Assembly (NCBI GenBank): GCA_963525145.1
Contig: CAURIK010000003.1
Location: 1,040-65,039 of the forward strand
Origin: an uncultured Candidatus Saccharibacteria bacterium
GTDB taxonomy: Bacteria; Patescibacteriota; Saccharimonadia; Saccharimonadales; Saccharimonadaceae
Length of the DNA: 64,000 nt
Reading direction: 5' to 3'
Below, one piece after another: positions 18,096 through 27,561 of the stretch (its first letter is position 1; each line of letters begins with the position of its first letter). Below the pieces are notes generated by a model, which was not told where the DNA came from, did no database searches, and saw only the letters and a program-made list of their open reading frames with translations. The translations under genes were made by a program, and so were the position numbers.

Positions 18096-18656
18096 TTATG
18101 CCTCCAACTTTTTCATCAAAATATCATAGCCATCGGTCACCTCGTCTTGACGGCTGACGCCCAATTCCGCCATAATGCGCCACAAATCAGCGGTTATCGC
18201 GGCAGGGTCGGCGTTCTCGCCAGCTAATCGCTCTAATTCCATAAAGTCGCCCAAGCCTTCCACCGAGTCGATACATACTTCCACATCGTTCAGTTTGCCA
18301 GTCCGGCGAGTCTTCGACAAGTCCGAAAACGGCACGAAACCTAGCTCCTTGACAATAGCGATCATGACGTCTGGGTCGCCAACTTCTGTTTCGCGCTCAA
18401 TGCTATCCAACTGCCCAGTCACCGATCGTTTTAGAGTGAATAACGTCCGCTTGGTTTCATTTTCGCCTTGTCCATGCGTTTCGGTACGCACCCGCAGCCA
18501 AGGCACTGTATTGCCGTCGCCGCCAGCTTCTCCCGGCAGACCAAACACTTGATCGCGCTGATGCACTGGCTCGCCGAGAGTAACACCCTTACCCGCCAGC
18601 GCAGCCAACAGCCCTTCTTTATCTTGCAATCTAACTTTTATCTCAATTTCTCTCAT
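18096..18656 (-). CDS. CYTH domain (class IV adenylate cyclase-like) protein
   Basis: EIEIK N-terminus, LRVR, K.R and D.VEGLGDFMELE motifs. Confidence 0.85.
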   Translation of the reverse strand: MREIEIKVRLQDKEGLLAALAGKGVTLGEPVHQRDQVFGLPGEAGGDGNTVPWLRVRTETHGQGENETKRTLFTLKRSVTGQLDSIERETEVGDPDVMIAIVKELGFVPFSDLSKTRRTGKLNDVEVCIDSVEGLGDFMELERLAGENADPAAITADLWRIMAELGVSRQDEVTDGYDILMKKLEA

Positions 18657-18674
18657 ATATAAATTATATCACGT

Positions 18675-19247
18675 TTAGAGTACGTCCACTGGACCGATAA
18701 TATCCGTATTGCCAAAGTAAAAATCGGTTAAGACCTGCCGCCATGGCGTGCTGGTTGCTGCAGCATATATCATTTTGCCAATATCGCCATGGCAAGCCAA
18801 CAACACCGTTTGATCTGGGTGTTGATGCGCCATGAAATCAAGCACCCGCTGGCCGCGAGCCAATAACTCAGGAAAAGTCTCAGCGCCGTCAGGATGTAAA
18901 AAATAGGTCACGTTTTCTGCTTTGATGATGTCCGGCGCACAAATTTCCTCAATATCAGCGACCGGCTTACCGGTCATAATGCCAAAATCACGCTCGATTA
19001 AATCGTCGTGAACTATCGGCTCGGCAAGACCCAGCGCCGCCGCTACAATCGCTGCCGTCTCGAAAGCTCGACCAAGCGGCGATGCATACACCGCGTCAAA
19101 AACTAGTTCCCTATCCTTGATGTGACGCGCCAATTGCCGCGCTTGCTGACGTCCCAAATCGGTCAGCGGCAGGTCGCGATGGCCGTTCAAAATCCCGCGC
19201 ACATTGTCTTCATTCTGGCCGTGGCGAGCGATATAGATAGTAGTCAT
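18675..19247 (-). CDS. histidine phosphatase (phosphoglycerate mutase) family protein
   Basis: RHG, SPL.RA.ETA, ERDFG and CHG motifs. Confidence 0.9.
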   Translation of the reverse strand: MTTIYIARHGQNEDNVRGILNGHRDLPLTDLGRQQARQLARHIKDRELVFDAVYASPLGRAFETAAIVAAALGLAEPIVHDDLIERDFGIMTGKPVADIEEICAPDIIKAENVTYFLHPDGAETFPELLARGQRVLDFMAHQHPDQTVLLACHGDIGKMIYAAATSTPWRQVLTDFYFGNTDIIGPVDVL

Positions 19248-19323
19248 GAACCTTAGTATATCATCTCTATCAGGCGGCGAGGAACCTCGTAGAAACCCTA
19301 CTTACCACTAAAATTCCTTGTTA

Positions 19324-19716
19324 TCAAACCATCGATACGTCCCGCGAATGACGCTCCAGCCAATCAGCAATCGAATCAATATCGAAATGATCGGTCGCGG
19401 CGCGGACGGCGAAATTTTCTAGTTCGCCTCGCTGTGCTGTAAAATTATACCCATTCACCTCCAGCAAAGTCAGTCCGGCGAGCATTGCTGTACGCTTGTT
19501 ACCATCAGCGAACGGATGGTCGCCAATAATCCCGCGCATCAACGCCGCTGCCTTGGCAAATACTGTTGCATATAATTCCTCGCCAAATACTACTTGATGC
19601 TGTGTTGACACCGCAGCCTCCAGCCGTCCAACGTCACGCACGCCATCTGCACCGCCGTCTTTGACAAGCACCAGCGCATGAAGCTGCAGAATCTGCTCGA
19701 GAGTCAAACTAACCAT
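19324..19716 (-). CDS. Doc/Fic family toxin
   Basis: HPFADGNKRTA Doc-type Fic motif; start overlaps the antitoxin stop (TAATG). Confidence 0.9.
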   Translation of the reverse strand: MVSLTLEQILQLHALVLVKDGGADGVRDVGRLEAAVSTQHQVVFGEELYATVFAKAAALMRGIIGDHPFADGNKRTAMLAGLTLLEVNGYNFTAQRGELENFAVRAATDHFDIDSIADWLERHSRDVSMV

Positions 19717-19937
19717 TAGCGCTTCGCCAAGTGAGAAAAGTCCTCTTTGTATCGCCTAAGGAGCGAGTTTGCAGTTTTGAGCACTTGATTATCATCAGCC
19801 GCCTCCGAACGCTTACGTACCGTGACTTCAATCTCGTCGCCATCGCGAATCCCCAGCGCCCGCAAATCCCGCGCCGGCAGCGTCACGCCGCGGCTGGAAC
19901 CAATCTTGATAACTTTTTGAATGGTGGTGATATTCAT
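19716..19937 (-). CDS. AbrB/MazE-type antitoxin
   Basis: KIGSS.GVTLP and LGI..GDEI swapped-hairpin motif, upstream of the Doc gene. Confidence 0.85.
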   Translation of the reverse strand: MNITTIQKVIKIGSSRGVTLPARDLRALGIRDGDEIEVTVRKRSEAADDNQVLKTANSLLRRYKEDFSHLAKR

Positions 19938-19943
19938 ACAAAC

Positions 19944-19972
19944 ATTATAACAAAATTATAATTTTATTGCAA
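19944..19972 (-). promoter_or_regulatory. TA promoter with inverted-repeat operator
   Basis: TTGCAA-N17-TATAAT; ATTATAA-N5-TTATAAT (19944-19962) covers the -10. Confidence 0.65.
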
Positions 19973-19982
19973 TATACTTTCC

Positions 19983-20963
19983 CTATTGTACACCGCCAGC
20001 AAGCTTTATCAAATCCACAGTCGTATCTGAATCAATCAAGGCGTGATGGACAGTGCGTCCATTCTTTGACATAATTGACCCTAGTGCATCTGTCGTTTTC
20101 CGCGCCATAGTATCCAACCACTCATCCGTCAATATCTCGCCAGTTTGCGGCTGCTGAATATCCTTGCATGCACGCTGAATAGCCTCTTCAAAATATTGTG
20201 TTATTTCGCCGTTAAATGAGTCTCCTCCATGTTTAGACTGCCCTATATAAGCACCCAGAATACCTGCAATCTTTAGTCCATAAAGAACATCACCAGCGCC
20301 CATGCGAACCTCATCATCCTGCATAGATTTCTTGCGTAGTAATTCAACCGCCTCTTCCAGATCGTGATACTCCGAAAATCCTAAAATAAACGTATCTTGT
20401 CGATACTTTTGTATACCCTCTCTACCATATGGAATCCAAAATTTTCCATAGTCCGGACGGGCGCCTGAATTTATAAGATCTGCCGCTATCCGCAATGATG
20501 ATAAATCCGTACGGTGTAAATACAATCTGGTTGGAGGCAATTCTCCGTCCTTACTGCTTTCAAATTGGAAAGAGGGTACTAATTGCCCTAGCTTTACCCC
20601 TCCTTCTTCATAGCCAGCTTGCTCCAGAGCGTTAGCTAGATTTCTAAGCCCATCGTTAATCACTTCAATATCGTCAAAGCTAAAAGCCCTCTTGCAGCGG
20701 CCAGTCATACTATCATAAATCGCACACGCCAAATCAGTACGTCCTGCATGCTCTAGAACTATGTCGCCATTTGGCATTTCTCTCTCTGCGTCATAATCTT
20801 TACAAAGTATAAGGGGACCTTTGTATTCTACCGGATCTATTTTCGGACCCATAACCCACCCCTCTCCAGTAGATGCATCATATATTTTTCGACGACGAGT
20901 CATCACAGAGGCAACAGTTTTACCATCTGGCTCGAGGCGCCCACGGACTGCCTCCATAACCAC
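19983..20963 (-). CDS. hypothetical protein (possibly 5'-disrupted; original start may be GTG at 21044)
   Basis: 326-aa ORF; frame stays open upstream to a TAG at 21032-21030. Confidence 0.6.
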   Translation of the reverse strand: MVMEAVRGRLEPDGKTVASVMTRRRKIYDASTGEGWVMGPKIDPVEYKGPLILCKDYDAEREMPNGDIVLEHAGRTDLACAIYDSMTGRCKRAFSFDDIEVINDGLRNLANALEQAGYEEGGVKLGQLVPSFQFESSKDGELPPTRLYLHRTDLSSLRIAADLINSGARPDYGKFWIPYGREGIQKYRQDTFILGFSEYHDLEEAVELLRKKSMQDDEVRMGAGDVLYGLKIAGILGAYIGQSKHGGDSFNGEITQYFEEAIQRACKDIQQPQTGEILTDEWLDTMARKTTDALGSIMSKNGRTVHHALIDSDTTVDLIKLAGGVQ

Positions 20964-21051
20964 TCGTTTAGTCTCGTCGTTGCTTATAAATTCTGGACTA
21001 TTTGGATCGAAATCAGAATAGCCAACTTGCTACTCTCTTATCACGTTGTCA

Positions 21052-21080
21052 ATTATACTATAATTTTGCACTTGTGTCAA
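21052..21080 (-). promoter_or_regulatory. consensus sigma70 promoter TTGACA-N17-TATAAT
   Basis: Both hexamers perfect. Confidence 0.8.
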
Positions 21081-21109
21081 TCAAGTGATCCCATTACATC
21101 ACAGTAATC

Positions 21110-21586
21110 TCACGACGATAATAATTGCTGCCACTTCACATGCACCGCATACGCCCGAGCTGGCGCATCCACTTCGCTCTTCTGAAGCAATAACTCCTCA
21201 GGGTTAATAAACATCACTTCATCGCCCTCTTCACCTGGTATAAAATCAAAATTCTCCGGCCAGACACGACAGTAAAAACAGATTTGATTGGCATCAAGCC
21301 GCTCAATGTACATCTGCTCCGACGCGTCAAACAGCTGATAGCGCAAATCGCCTTTATAGCCAACTTCTTCGTACAACTCGCGTTTCAGCGATGATTCAAA
21401 ATCCTCATCGTAATCCATGCCTCCGCCCGGTAAATCCCAGTACGTCCGATTAATTTCTTTAACGACCAAAATCTGCCCAGCGTCGTTATAAATTAGCGCT
21501 TTGAGCGAAATTCGGTAGAGGTAATCGTGGCGAGTCACTCCGACTGAATCTTGCGTTACGAGATGCCCGTTGGTGAGTTTTGTCAT
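21110..21586 (-). CDS. NUDIX hydrolase (paralog A)
   Basis: WDLPGGG..E....LKRELYEEVG Nudix box. Confidence 0.88.
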   Translation of the reverse strand: MTKLTNGHLVTQDSVGVTRHDYLYRISLKALIYNDAGQILVVKEINRTYWDLPGGGMDYDEDFESSLKRELYEEVGYKGDLRYQLFDASEQMYIERLDANQICFYCRVWPENFDFIPGEEGDEVMFINPEELLLQKSEVDAPARAYAVHVKWQQLLSS

Positions 21587-21594
21587 AGGGATAA

Positions 21595-22284
21595 TTATAA
21601 CACTTCTAGCCTAAACCCAGCGTAAGTACCATCTTGCTTATACGCTTCCTCGCCAAGGAACGCCGGAATAGCCTGCAGTGTATTATTATAGACAAAGTTC
21701 TTAAGACCAGCGATATCTTGCTCTTCCTCGGGCAGAATCTTCCCTATCATCTTATAAAAAGTCCGCTCTTGGTCAACTGTCTCCTCCTCCAAATATCTTA
21801 CTATGTCGGCGCATATTTGCTCGTACAGATCATCGTTCAAATGCGAATTTGGCACTTCATAAGCCACGAAATTCGGTACCACTGTAGTGATGTCATTAAG
21901 CGGCTCAACCACCAGAACGTCTTTCACAGCGCTAGAGTTGATAAACCTCTGCACTACTTCATTATCTTTATCTGCCGTTATCAAAATATTTGGCTGCTCG
22001 GCAGTGGTCGTATGAAAATCCAATACCAACTCCGGCTTCAGTAACCGAATCCGCTCCTCAATAATCTTCGCACGCCGACCCTCATAAGTATCCAGACCAA
22101 GCCCGTAAATCCTATTTAGGTCCGATTCGGTATACCGCACATTCTTTGCGTAAGCGCGCGGATTAGCCATGATGAACTCCATATTTTCCAACAGTTTAGA
22201 CCGTTTGGCGAGCATATACGCCAGCAGATTTGGGCCTAATAATTCGTTGCCGTGGGTGGAGATTATTGCGAGTATTTTTGTCAT
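21595..22284 (-). CDS. succinylglutamate desuccinylase/aspartoacylase (M14-like) family protein
   Basis: THGNE, NPRA, DLNR and DFHTT motifs; AAGGAGG SD. Confidence 0.8.
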   Translation of the reverse strand: MTKILAIISTHGNELLGPNLLAYMLAKRSKLLENMEFIMANPRAYAKNVRYTESDLNRIYGLGLDTYEGRRAKIIEERIRLLKPELVLDFHTTTAEQPNILITADKDNEVVQRFINSSAVKDVLVVEPLNDITTVVPNFVAYEVPNSHLNDDLYEQICADIVRYLEEETVDQERTFYKMIGKILPEEEQDIAGLKNFVYNNTLQAIPAFLGEEAYKQDGTYAGFRLEVL

Positions 22285-22335
22285 AAATACCTCCTTATTT
22301 ACTACATATATTCAATATATCTTTTATTACAATGC

Positions 22336-22815
22336 TTACTGCTTACTATATAGTTTCTGCCATTTCATATGCGCCCTATACGCTCGAGCTGGCGCGTCAA
22401 CCTCGCTCTTCTGAAGCAATAATTCCTCAGGATTAATAAACATTATTTCATCACCCTCTTCGCCCGGTATAAAATCAAAATTCTCCGGCCAGACGCGACA
22501 ATAAAAACAAATTTGATTAGCATAAATCCGCTCAATATACATCTCGTCCGATGCGTCAAAAAGTTGATAACGCAAATCACCCCTGTAGCCGACTTCCTCG
22601 TACAGCTCGCGTTTCAGCGACGATTCAATCGTCTCACCAAAATCCATGCCACCACCCGGCAAGTCCCAATATGTCCGATCAATTTCCTTGACGACCAAAA
22701 TCTGCCCAGCGTCGTTGTAAATCAACGCTTTGAGCGAAATGCGATAAAGACAATCCAGACGATCCGTTCCATCTAGATTCTGCGTGATGATATGTCCGTT
22801 GGTAATTTTTGTCAT
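22336..22815 (-). CDS. NUDIX hydrolase (paralog B)
   Basis: Near-identical core to 21110-21586; start MTKIT 7 nt after TATAAT. Confidence 0.88.
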   Translation of the reverse strand: MTKITNGHIITQNLDGTDRLDCLYRISLKALIYNDAGQILVVKEIDRTYWDLPGGGMDFGETIESSLKRELYEEVGYRGDLRYQLFDASDEMYIERIYANQICFYCRVWPENFDFIPGEEGDEIMFINPEELLLQKSEVDAPARAYRAHMKWQKLYSKQ

Positions 22816-22934
22816 GAGAGTCATTATACTACACCCGAACGCCAGATAGCTGATACCATTTCACCTACAGTATATTCTGTCTTTCCAATATCCATGATTA
22901 ACTACTCATTGGGTGTTAACACGTTGGGGATTAT

Positions 22935-23552
22935 CTAATTGTGATACTCTTTTATTTTACTGGCATATTCAGTCAAAAGATTCTTTGAATAAATTTTTTC
23001 ATTTTTTGAATTTCTAACTTCTTTCCAAAGAATAGAAGCTACTTTTAATTTGTTCGAATAGTTGCGACTATTTTCGTCTGCACTAAAATCCTTTAAAAAT
23101 TGATTCCATTGACAAACCGAATTATCATACTTGGCATAATCTGATTTCCCATAATAAACTTTTAGCATATCTTGAATGGTAAAACTCAAATCATTTTCTC
23201 TCTTTACTTTTCTCCAAGCGGTAGCCATATCAGCAGTAAATTTAAATGGTGAGATACCCGTTAAAGCAGAAAAATATTCTCTGAATTTTGCGTTAAAAGA
23301 AAAACCACATTCAAGTAATGGCGTATCTAAAGTAATATTTTCAACTTGCTTTGTTTCATTTTTTATTGATGATTTTTTAATCAGGTTACCCTTAAAGTAC
23401 TGCTCAATAATGTGATTGAGTTCTTGTTTTGTACCTCTATATTCTAATCCTAATGACTTACATATCTGTGAAATTTCTTCACGATACCAATAGTATTTAT
23501 TAAACTCGTCAAACGATGTAATTTTATCAAACTCAGGTCTACTTTCTATCAA
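22935..23552 (-). CDS. SAP-like/DUF6434-type protein, very AT-rich
   Basis: YYWYREE...ICK.LG....GTKQEL SAP-like motif and QWNQFLKDF C-terminus; TTG start with AAGGAG SD. Confidence 0.75.
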   Translation of the reverse strand: MIESRPEFDKITSFDEFNKYYWYREEISQICKSLGLEYRGTKQELNHIIEQYFKGNLIKKSSIKNETKQVENITLDTPLLECGFSFNAKFREYFSALTGISPFKFTADMATAWRKVKRENDLSFTIQDMLKVYYGKSDYAKYDNSVCQWNQFLKDFSADENSRNYSNKLKVASILWKEVRNSKNEKIYSKNLLTEYASKIKEYHN

Positions 23553-23596
23553 TATTTCAGCTCCTTAAACCCAATTTACTTTTTCATGTCTAGTAT

Positions 23597-24940
23597 CTAT
23601 AGCTCCTCAACGTTCACCCGCCTCTGCTCCGTCGTATCCCGCTCGCGCACGGTGACCGTGCCGTCCTCCAATGTCTGGAAGTCGATGACTACGCAGTGCG
23701 GCGTGCCGATTTCGTCTTGGCGGCGGTAGCGTTTGCCGATGTTGCCGTTGTCGTCCCACATCACCCGGCCGGGGTTGGCTTTGGCGAGGCTCGCGTAAAC
23801 CTCGCGGGCTTTTTCTACCAATTCTGGCTTGTTTTTCAATAGTGGCGAAACGGCAAATTTAACCGGCGCGAGGTGCTCTGGTAACGCCAAATATACCCGC
23901 TTTTCACCGTTCTGCTCGTCCTCGCGGTAGGCACTCGACAGCACCGCCATTAGCGCCCGCTCCACGCCAAAGCTCGGCTCGATGACGTGCGGCACAAATT
24001 TCGTGTTCGTGCCCTTGACAGTGTATTCCATGCTCTTGCCGCTGACTCGCTGGATGTTGCCAAGGTCAAAGTCGGTGCGGTACGCCAGGCCAAACATCTC
24101 CTCGCGGCCAATCGGATAATCAAACTCAAAGTCAATCGTCCGCTTGCTGTAATGTGCCCGATCCGCCTCTGGCACCTCCAGCTCGTGCACCTTATCATCC
24201 GGCAAGCCCAGCGCCTGGCACCACTGATGCCCCAAATCGCGCCACTTCTCAAACTCCGCCTGCCAATTGGCTGGGTCAATAAAGTATTCAATCTCCATCT
24301 GCTCAAACTCGCGGCTGCGGAAGACGAAATCGCGCGGCGCAATTTCATTACGAAATGCCTTGCCCTGCTGAGCAATACCAAACGGTAAATTAGGATAAAA
24401 ACTATCGACGACGTTTTTGAAATTGGTGAAGATGCCCTGGGCGGTCTCTGGCCGGAGGTACGAAATACTGTCCTCGCTCTCAGTCGCGCCAACGTGCGTT
24501 TTGAACATCATATTAAAGGTGCGCGACTTGCTTAGCGGATTGCCATCGGGACTTTTGATGCCTTTCTCAGCAATTACCGCATCCATCTGCTCCATGGTCA
24601 TACCATCAGCGTCAACGCCATTATCTTTGAGAATATGATCGGTGCGGTAGCGTCGGTGATTGACCGTGTCTTCGCACAGCGGATCAACGAAGGTATCCAC
24701 ATGCCCACTCGCCCGCCAGACCTTCTGATTCATCAAAATCGCCGCGTCCACGCTGTACATGTCGTCACGCTCGTCAACAAACCTGCGCCACCACAAATTC
24801 ATGATATTGCGCTTCAGTTGCACGCCCAGCGGACCGTAATCCCACGTACCAGAAAGACCGCCATACACATCCGACCCCTGATAAATAAAGCCGCGGCGTT
24901 TGCACAGGCTAATAATTGCTTCCATTTTTGCTTGACTCAC
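23597..24940 (-). CDS. glyQS: glycine--tRNA ligase (homodimeric alpha2 type)
   Basis: KRRGF, DYGPLG, YLRPETAQG, FRNEI, REFEQME, IEPSFG and IGKRYRRQDEIGTP. Confidence 0.95.
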   Translation of the reverse strand: MSQAKMEAIISLCKRRGFIYQGSDVYGGLSGTWDYGPLGVQLKRNIMNLWWRRFVDERDDMYSVDAAILMNQKVWRASGHVDTFVDPLCEDTVNHRRYRTDHILKDNGVDADGMTMEQMDAVIAEKGIKSPDGNPLSKSRTFNMMFKTHVGATESEDSISYLRPETAQGIFTNFKNVVDSFYPNLPFGIAQQGKAFRNEIAPRDFVFRSREFEQMEIEYFIDPANWQAEFEKWRDLGHQWCQALGLPDDKVHELEVPEADRAHYSKRTIDFEFDYPIGREEMFGLAYRTDFDLGNIQRVSGKSMEYTVKGTNTKFVPHVIEPSFGVERALMAVLSSAYREDEQNGEKRVYLALPEHLAPVKFAVSPLLKNKPELVEKAREVYASLAKANPGRVMWDDNGNIGKRYRRQDEIGTPHCVVIDFQTLEDGTVTVRERDTTEQRRVNVEEL

Positions 24941-25055
24941 AAGAAGTCTCCTTTCTCCTCTCTGCGTTGATGAGCGCGAGTATTTAACTCTTTACGTTTT
25001 AGTATAACACGCTTTGGTTTTCAGTAGTTTCGCTATAAAGCGACCAATTCAACAA

Positions 25056-25730
25056 CTAAACGCCCGCATGTTGGCGAGCCAATAACCAGCAGCCTGGCAA
25101 TATCTGCTCAACCCCGCCAATTTGCGCCACCAGACGCAACGATTTATTCGCTGCTAAGCGCAAAAACTTAATATGATCAGCGGTAAGCTCTCCTTGTTCG
25201 CTCAGTCGCAAGCCTCGTTCAATCGAATCGTACATGTAGCGCTTTTGGCGATCAAGCGGTTGGCCAGTAACATCGTTCACTAAACTCAGCTCATAGCCGG
25301 TTAGCTCGGCGTAGCGCAAGTAAAACCATACTTGCACCAACTGCAAAGAAACCACATCACCCAAGCCTGCCAGCGTCTCGCTCAGCACTTCAAACCACTC
25401 TGGAATATCAACATCGCGGCTAGCCCGCTCGACCAGCCTGATACATTCATAACCAAATTGCAAGCGGTCATAATCCTGCAAAATCTGGCGGTAAAAACGA
25501 TCGAGCCGCGCCTGCGTAATCGTGTACAGGCTACTTTTACCGCGACGCAACACTACGTCGCTAACCGCAAACAGCTCAATACCGCCCGCCAAGCGGCTTT
25601 TCTCGCGCCGTACGCCGCGCGCTATAGCACTGCGTTGCCCTAGCGGTGTTAGTAATGTCAAAATGCGATCTGCCTCGCCGTAATTCGTCCGGCGCAGCAC
25701 TATCGCTTTAGTACGTTCAATAGCAGTCAT
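25056..25730 (-). CDS. recO: DNA repair protein RecO
   Basis: AIVLRR.NYGEADRILTLLT and ARGVRREKSRL N-terminal OB fold. Confidence 0.9.
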   Translation of the reverse strand: MTAIERTKAIVLRRTNYGEADRILTLLTPLGQRSAIARGVRREKSRLAGGIELFAVSDVVLRRGKSSLYTITQARLDRFYRQILQDYDRLQFGYECIRLVERASRDVDIPEWFEVLSETLAGLGDVVSLQLVQVWFYLRYAELTGYELSLVNDVTGQPLDRQKRYMYDSIERGLRLSEQGELTADHIKFLRLAANKSLRLVAQIGGVEQILPGCWLLARQHAGV

Positions 25731-26092
25731 ACTGCCACCTCTCGCACCGCTTTGGCAATATCATCTGGATGCATTGATACTTTATCTAATAATAATCGCA
25801 CGCCGTACGGCCGCAACTGCTCGAGAGTGATGTCATTTGCACTTGTTGTACACACGACAACAGGAATGCGGCCTAGGTCGTCATACGATTGCAACTCGTG
25901 CAGCAGCACTAAACCATTTGGGCCCGGCATGAATAAATCAAGAATAATCACCGCGGGTCGAAAACTATCTATCAAATCAAGCGCTTCTATGGCATTTGGA
26001 GCACTCTGTACTACCATACCGTTGTGCTCGAGACGCCGCGTAAACAGCTTCGCTAGCCACTCGTCATCATCAATTACTAGCACGCGCGTCAT
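25727..26092 (-). CDS. single-domain response regulator (receiver only)
   Basis: VLVIDDD, ILDLFMPG phospho-Asp, conserved T and K. Confidence 0.88.
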   Translation of the reverse strand: MTRVLVIDDDEWLAKLFTRRLEHNGMVVQSAPNAIEALDLIDSFRPAVIILDLFMPGPNGLVLLHELQSYDDLGRIPVVVCTTSANDITLEQLRPYGVRLLLDKVSMHPDDIAKAVREVAV

Positions 26093-26808
26093 AATAGCCT
26101 CAACTGTGTCGACGCTGGTACATCAACATAAAAAGTTGCGCCATCGCGGTGACGAGTAACGCCAATTCGCGCGCCAATCGCTAAAGCAAACTCATTAGCA
26201 ATAAACATACCTAGCCCGCTACTGCCTGGACGGTTATGCAGCGGCAATGGTTCGCGCAAACCCTGGCGCAACGCCCGCCAAGCTCGCGCTGGAATTGCCG
26301 GCCCAAAATCGCGTACCCCGATCCGTACCCGCTGATTGTTGTCGGTAGCCCGCACCGAGATCGCTACCGACGAATCATCAGCGCTATAGTATAGTGCGTT
26401 ATCAGCAAAGTTAGCAACGATTCGCCGCAATAGATCACGATTTGCCACCATTAGCCGCTGACGAGATTTTACCTGGGTTTTTAGAGATTTATTATGAGCA
26501 TGGTACAGCGGTTGAAGTTCGCTCATCACTTCGCTACAAAGACCAGCCGCATCAATCGCCTCTAGCGTAAATAAGGCGTTTTCTAGGCGGCGAGCTTTAG
26601 TTAAATCTGTCGTCAAGCGCAGCGCCCTTTCAGCCGTTAGTGTAATTCGCTGCGCCAAGACAGCCCGCTCAAGCGCCGTATACTCCCCTGCTTCTAGCTC
26701 AATCGCCAACTGGCGAATCAGAGCAAGCGGCGCTTTCAGCTCGTGCGCCGCCACTGTAAACGACGGTGAATCTGCCCACAAACCAGCCTGCACCTTACCC
26801 TCCTGCAT
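26089..26808 (-). CDS. histidine kinase lacking sensor/TM domains
   Basis: H-box AHELKAPL, N-box NFADNA, G1 RDFGP, G2 GLGM. Confidence 0.85.
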   Translation of the reverse strand: MQEGKVQAGLWADSPSFTVAAHELKAPLALIRQLAIELEAGEYTALERAVLAQRITLTAERALRLTTDLTKARRLENALFTLEAIDAAGLCSEVMSELQPLYHAHNKSLKTQVKSRQRLMVANRDLLRRIVANFADNALYYSADDSSVAISVRATDNNQRVRIGVRDFGPAIPARAWRALRQGLREPLPLHNRPGSSGLGMFIANEFALAIGARIGVTRHRDGATFYVDVPASTQLRLL

Positions 26809-26858
26809 ACACCTAGTTTAGCATGCTGCAACAGGCTGTTCTAGCACAAGCAAAACAC

Positions 26859-27521
26859 TTACTCGTTGAATTTGAGAGTCTTCAGCAGCTTCTCGTAGTC
26901 AGCAGTGAAAACGTCGCCGTCAGTACGCATCGTCAGTGTACGATCGCGCATCTTCAACAGTACTGCCGTACCGTAAGTGTCCTTGTCGAAATTACCGACC
27001 AGCTTGGTGCCCGTATGCTTGCCATCGTTGTAAACACTCGACTTCAGGTCGCCTCTTTTAATTAACGGATCGTAAGTAGACACAGATTTGTCATAAGTCT
27101 TTTGCTCAATCGTTATCCTCAGGGCAATCTTCGATTCTCTGGTAATTGGCGGGATTGTCACTGGGTTCAAATAGGCTTCATAAGTCACGCCGCCGCCTTT
27201 GCTGATATCGGTTGCCTGATAAGCACTCCAAGTCTTGGGATACTCAAACGTCAAGGCGCCGTAATCCGACGGCCCGTTAAACTGTCGATTCGGCTCTTTC
27301 TCGCGCTTTTCGAAGTCGCTCTCTAGCTTCTCGCTATTCTCTTTGACAGCCTGAGCTTTAGCTGTCTCGATTTTCTCGTCGACGTTCTCTTTTTGGTCGA
27401 GATATTGCATATATGACCAAATACTAAAACCGCCGAACCCCAGCACCAACACTACCAATACCGCAATAGCGACAATACTGCCAGTGATGGCGCCTTTTTC
27501 TGTATGATGCCTGCTCTTCAT
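26859..27521 (-). CDS. membrane-anchored hypothetical protein
   Basis: Basic N-terminus ending KG, TM helix, coiled coil, globular C-terminus. Confidence 0.75.
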   Translation of the reverse strand: MKSRHHTEKGAITGSIVAIAVLVVLVLGFGGFSIWSYMQYLDQKENVDEKIETAKAQAVKENSEKLESDFEKREKEPNRQFNGPSDYGALTFEYPKTWSAYQATDISKGGGVTYEAYLNPVTIPPITRESKIALRITIEQKTYDKSVSTYDPLIKRGDLKSSVYNDGKHTGTKLVGNFDKDTYGTAVLLKMRDRTLTMRTDGDVFTADYEKLLKTLKFNE

Positions 27522-27561
27522 GCTTACGATTATACTTTGTCGAGGCTAAATATGCAAAGGT

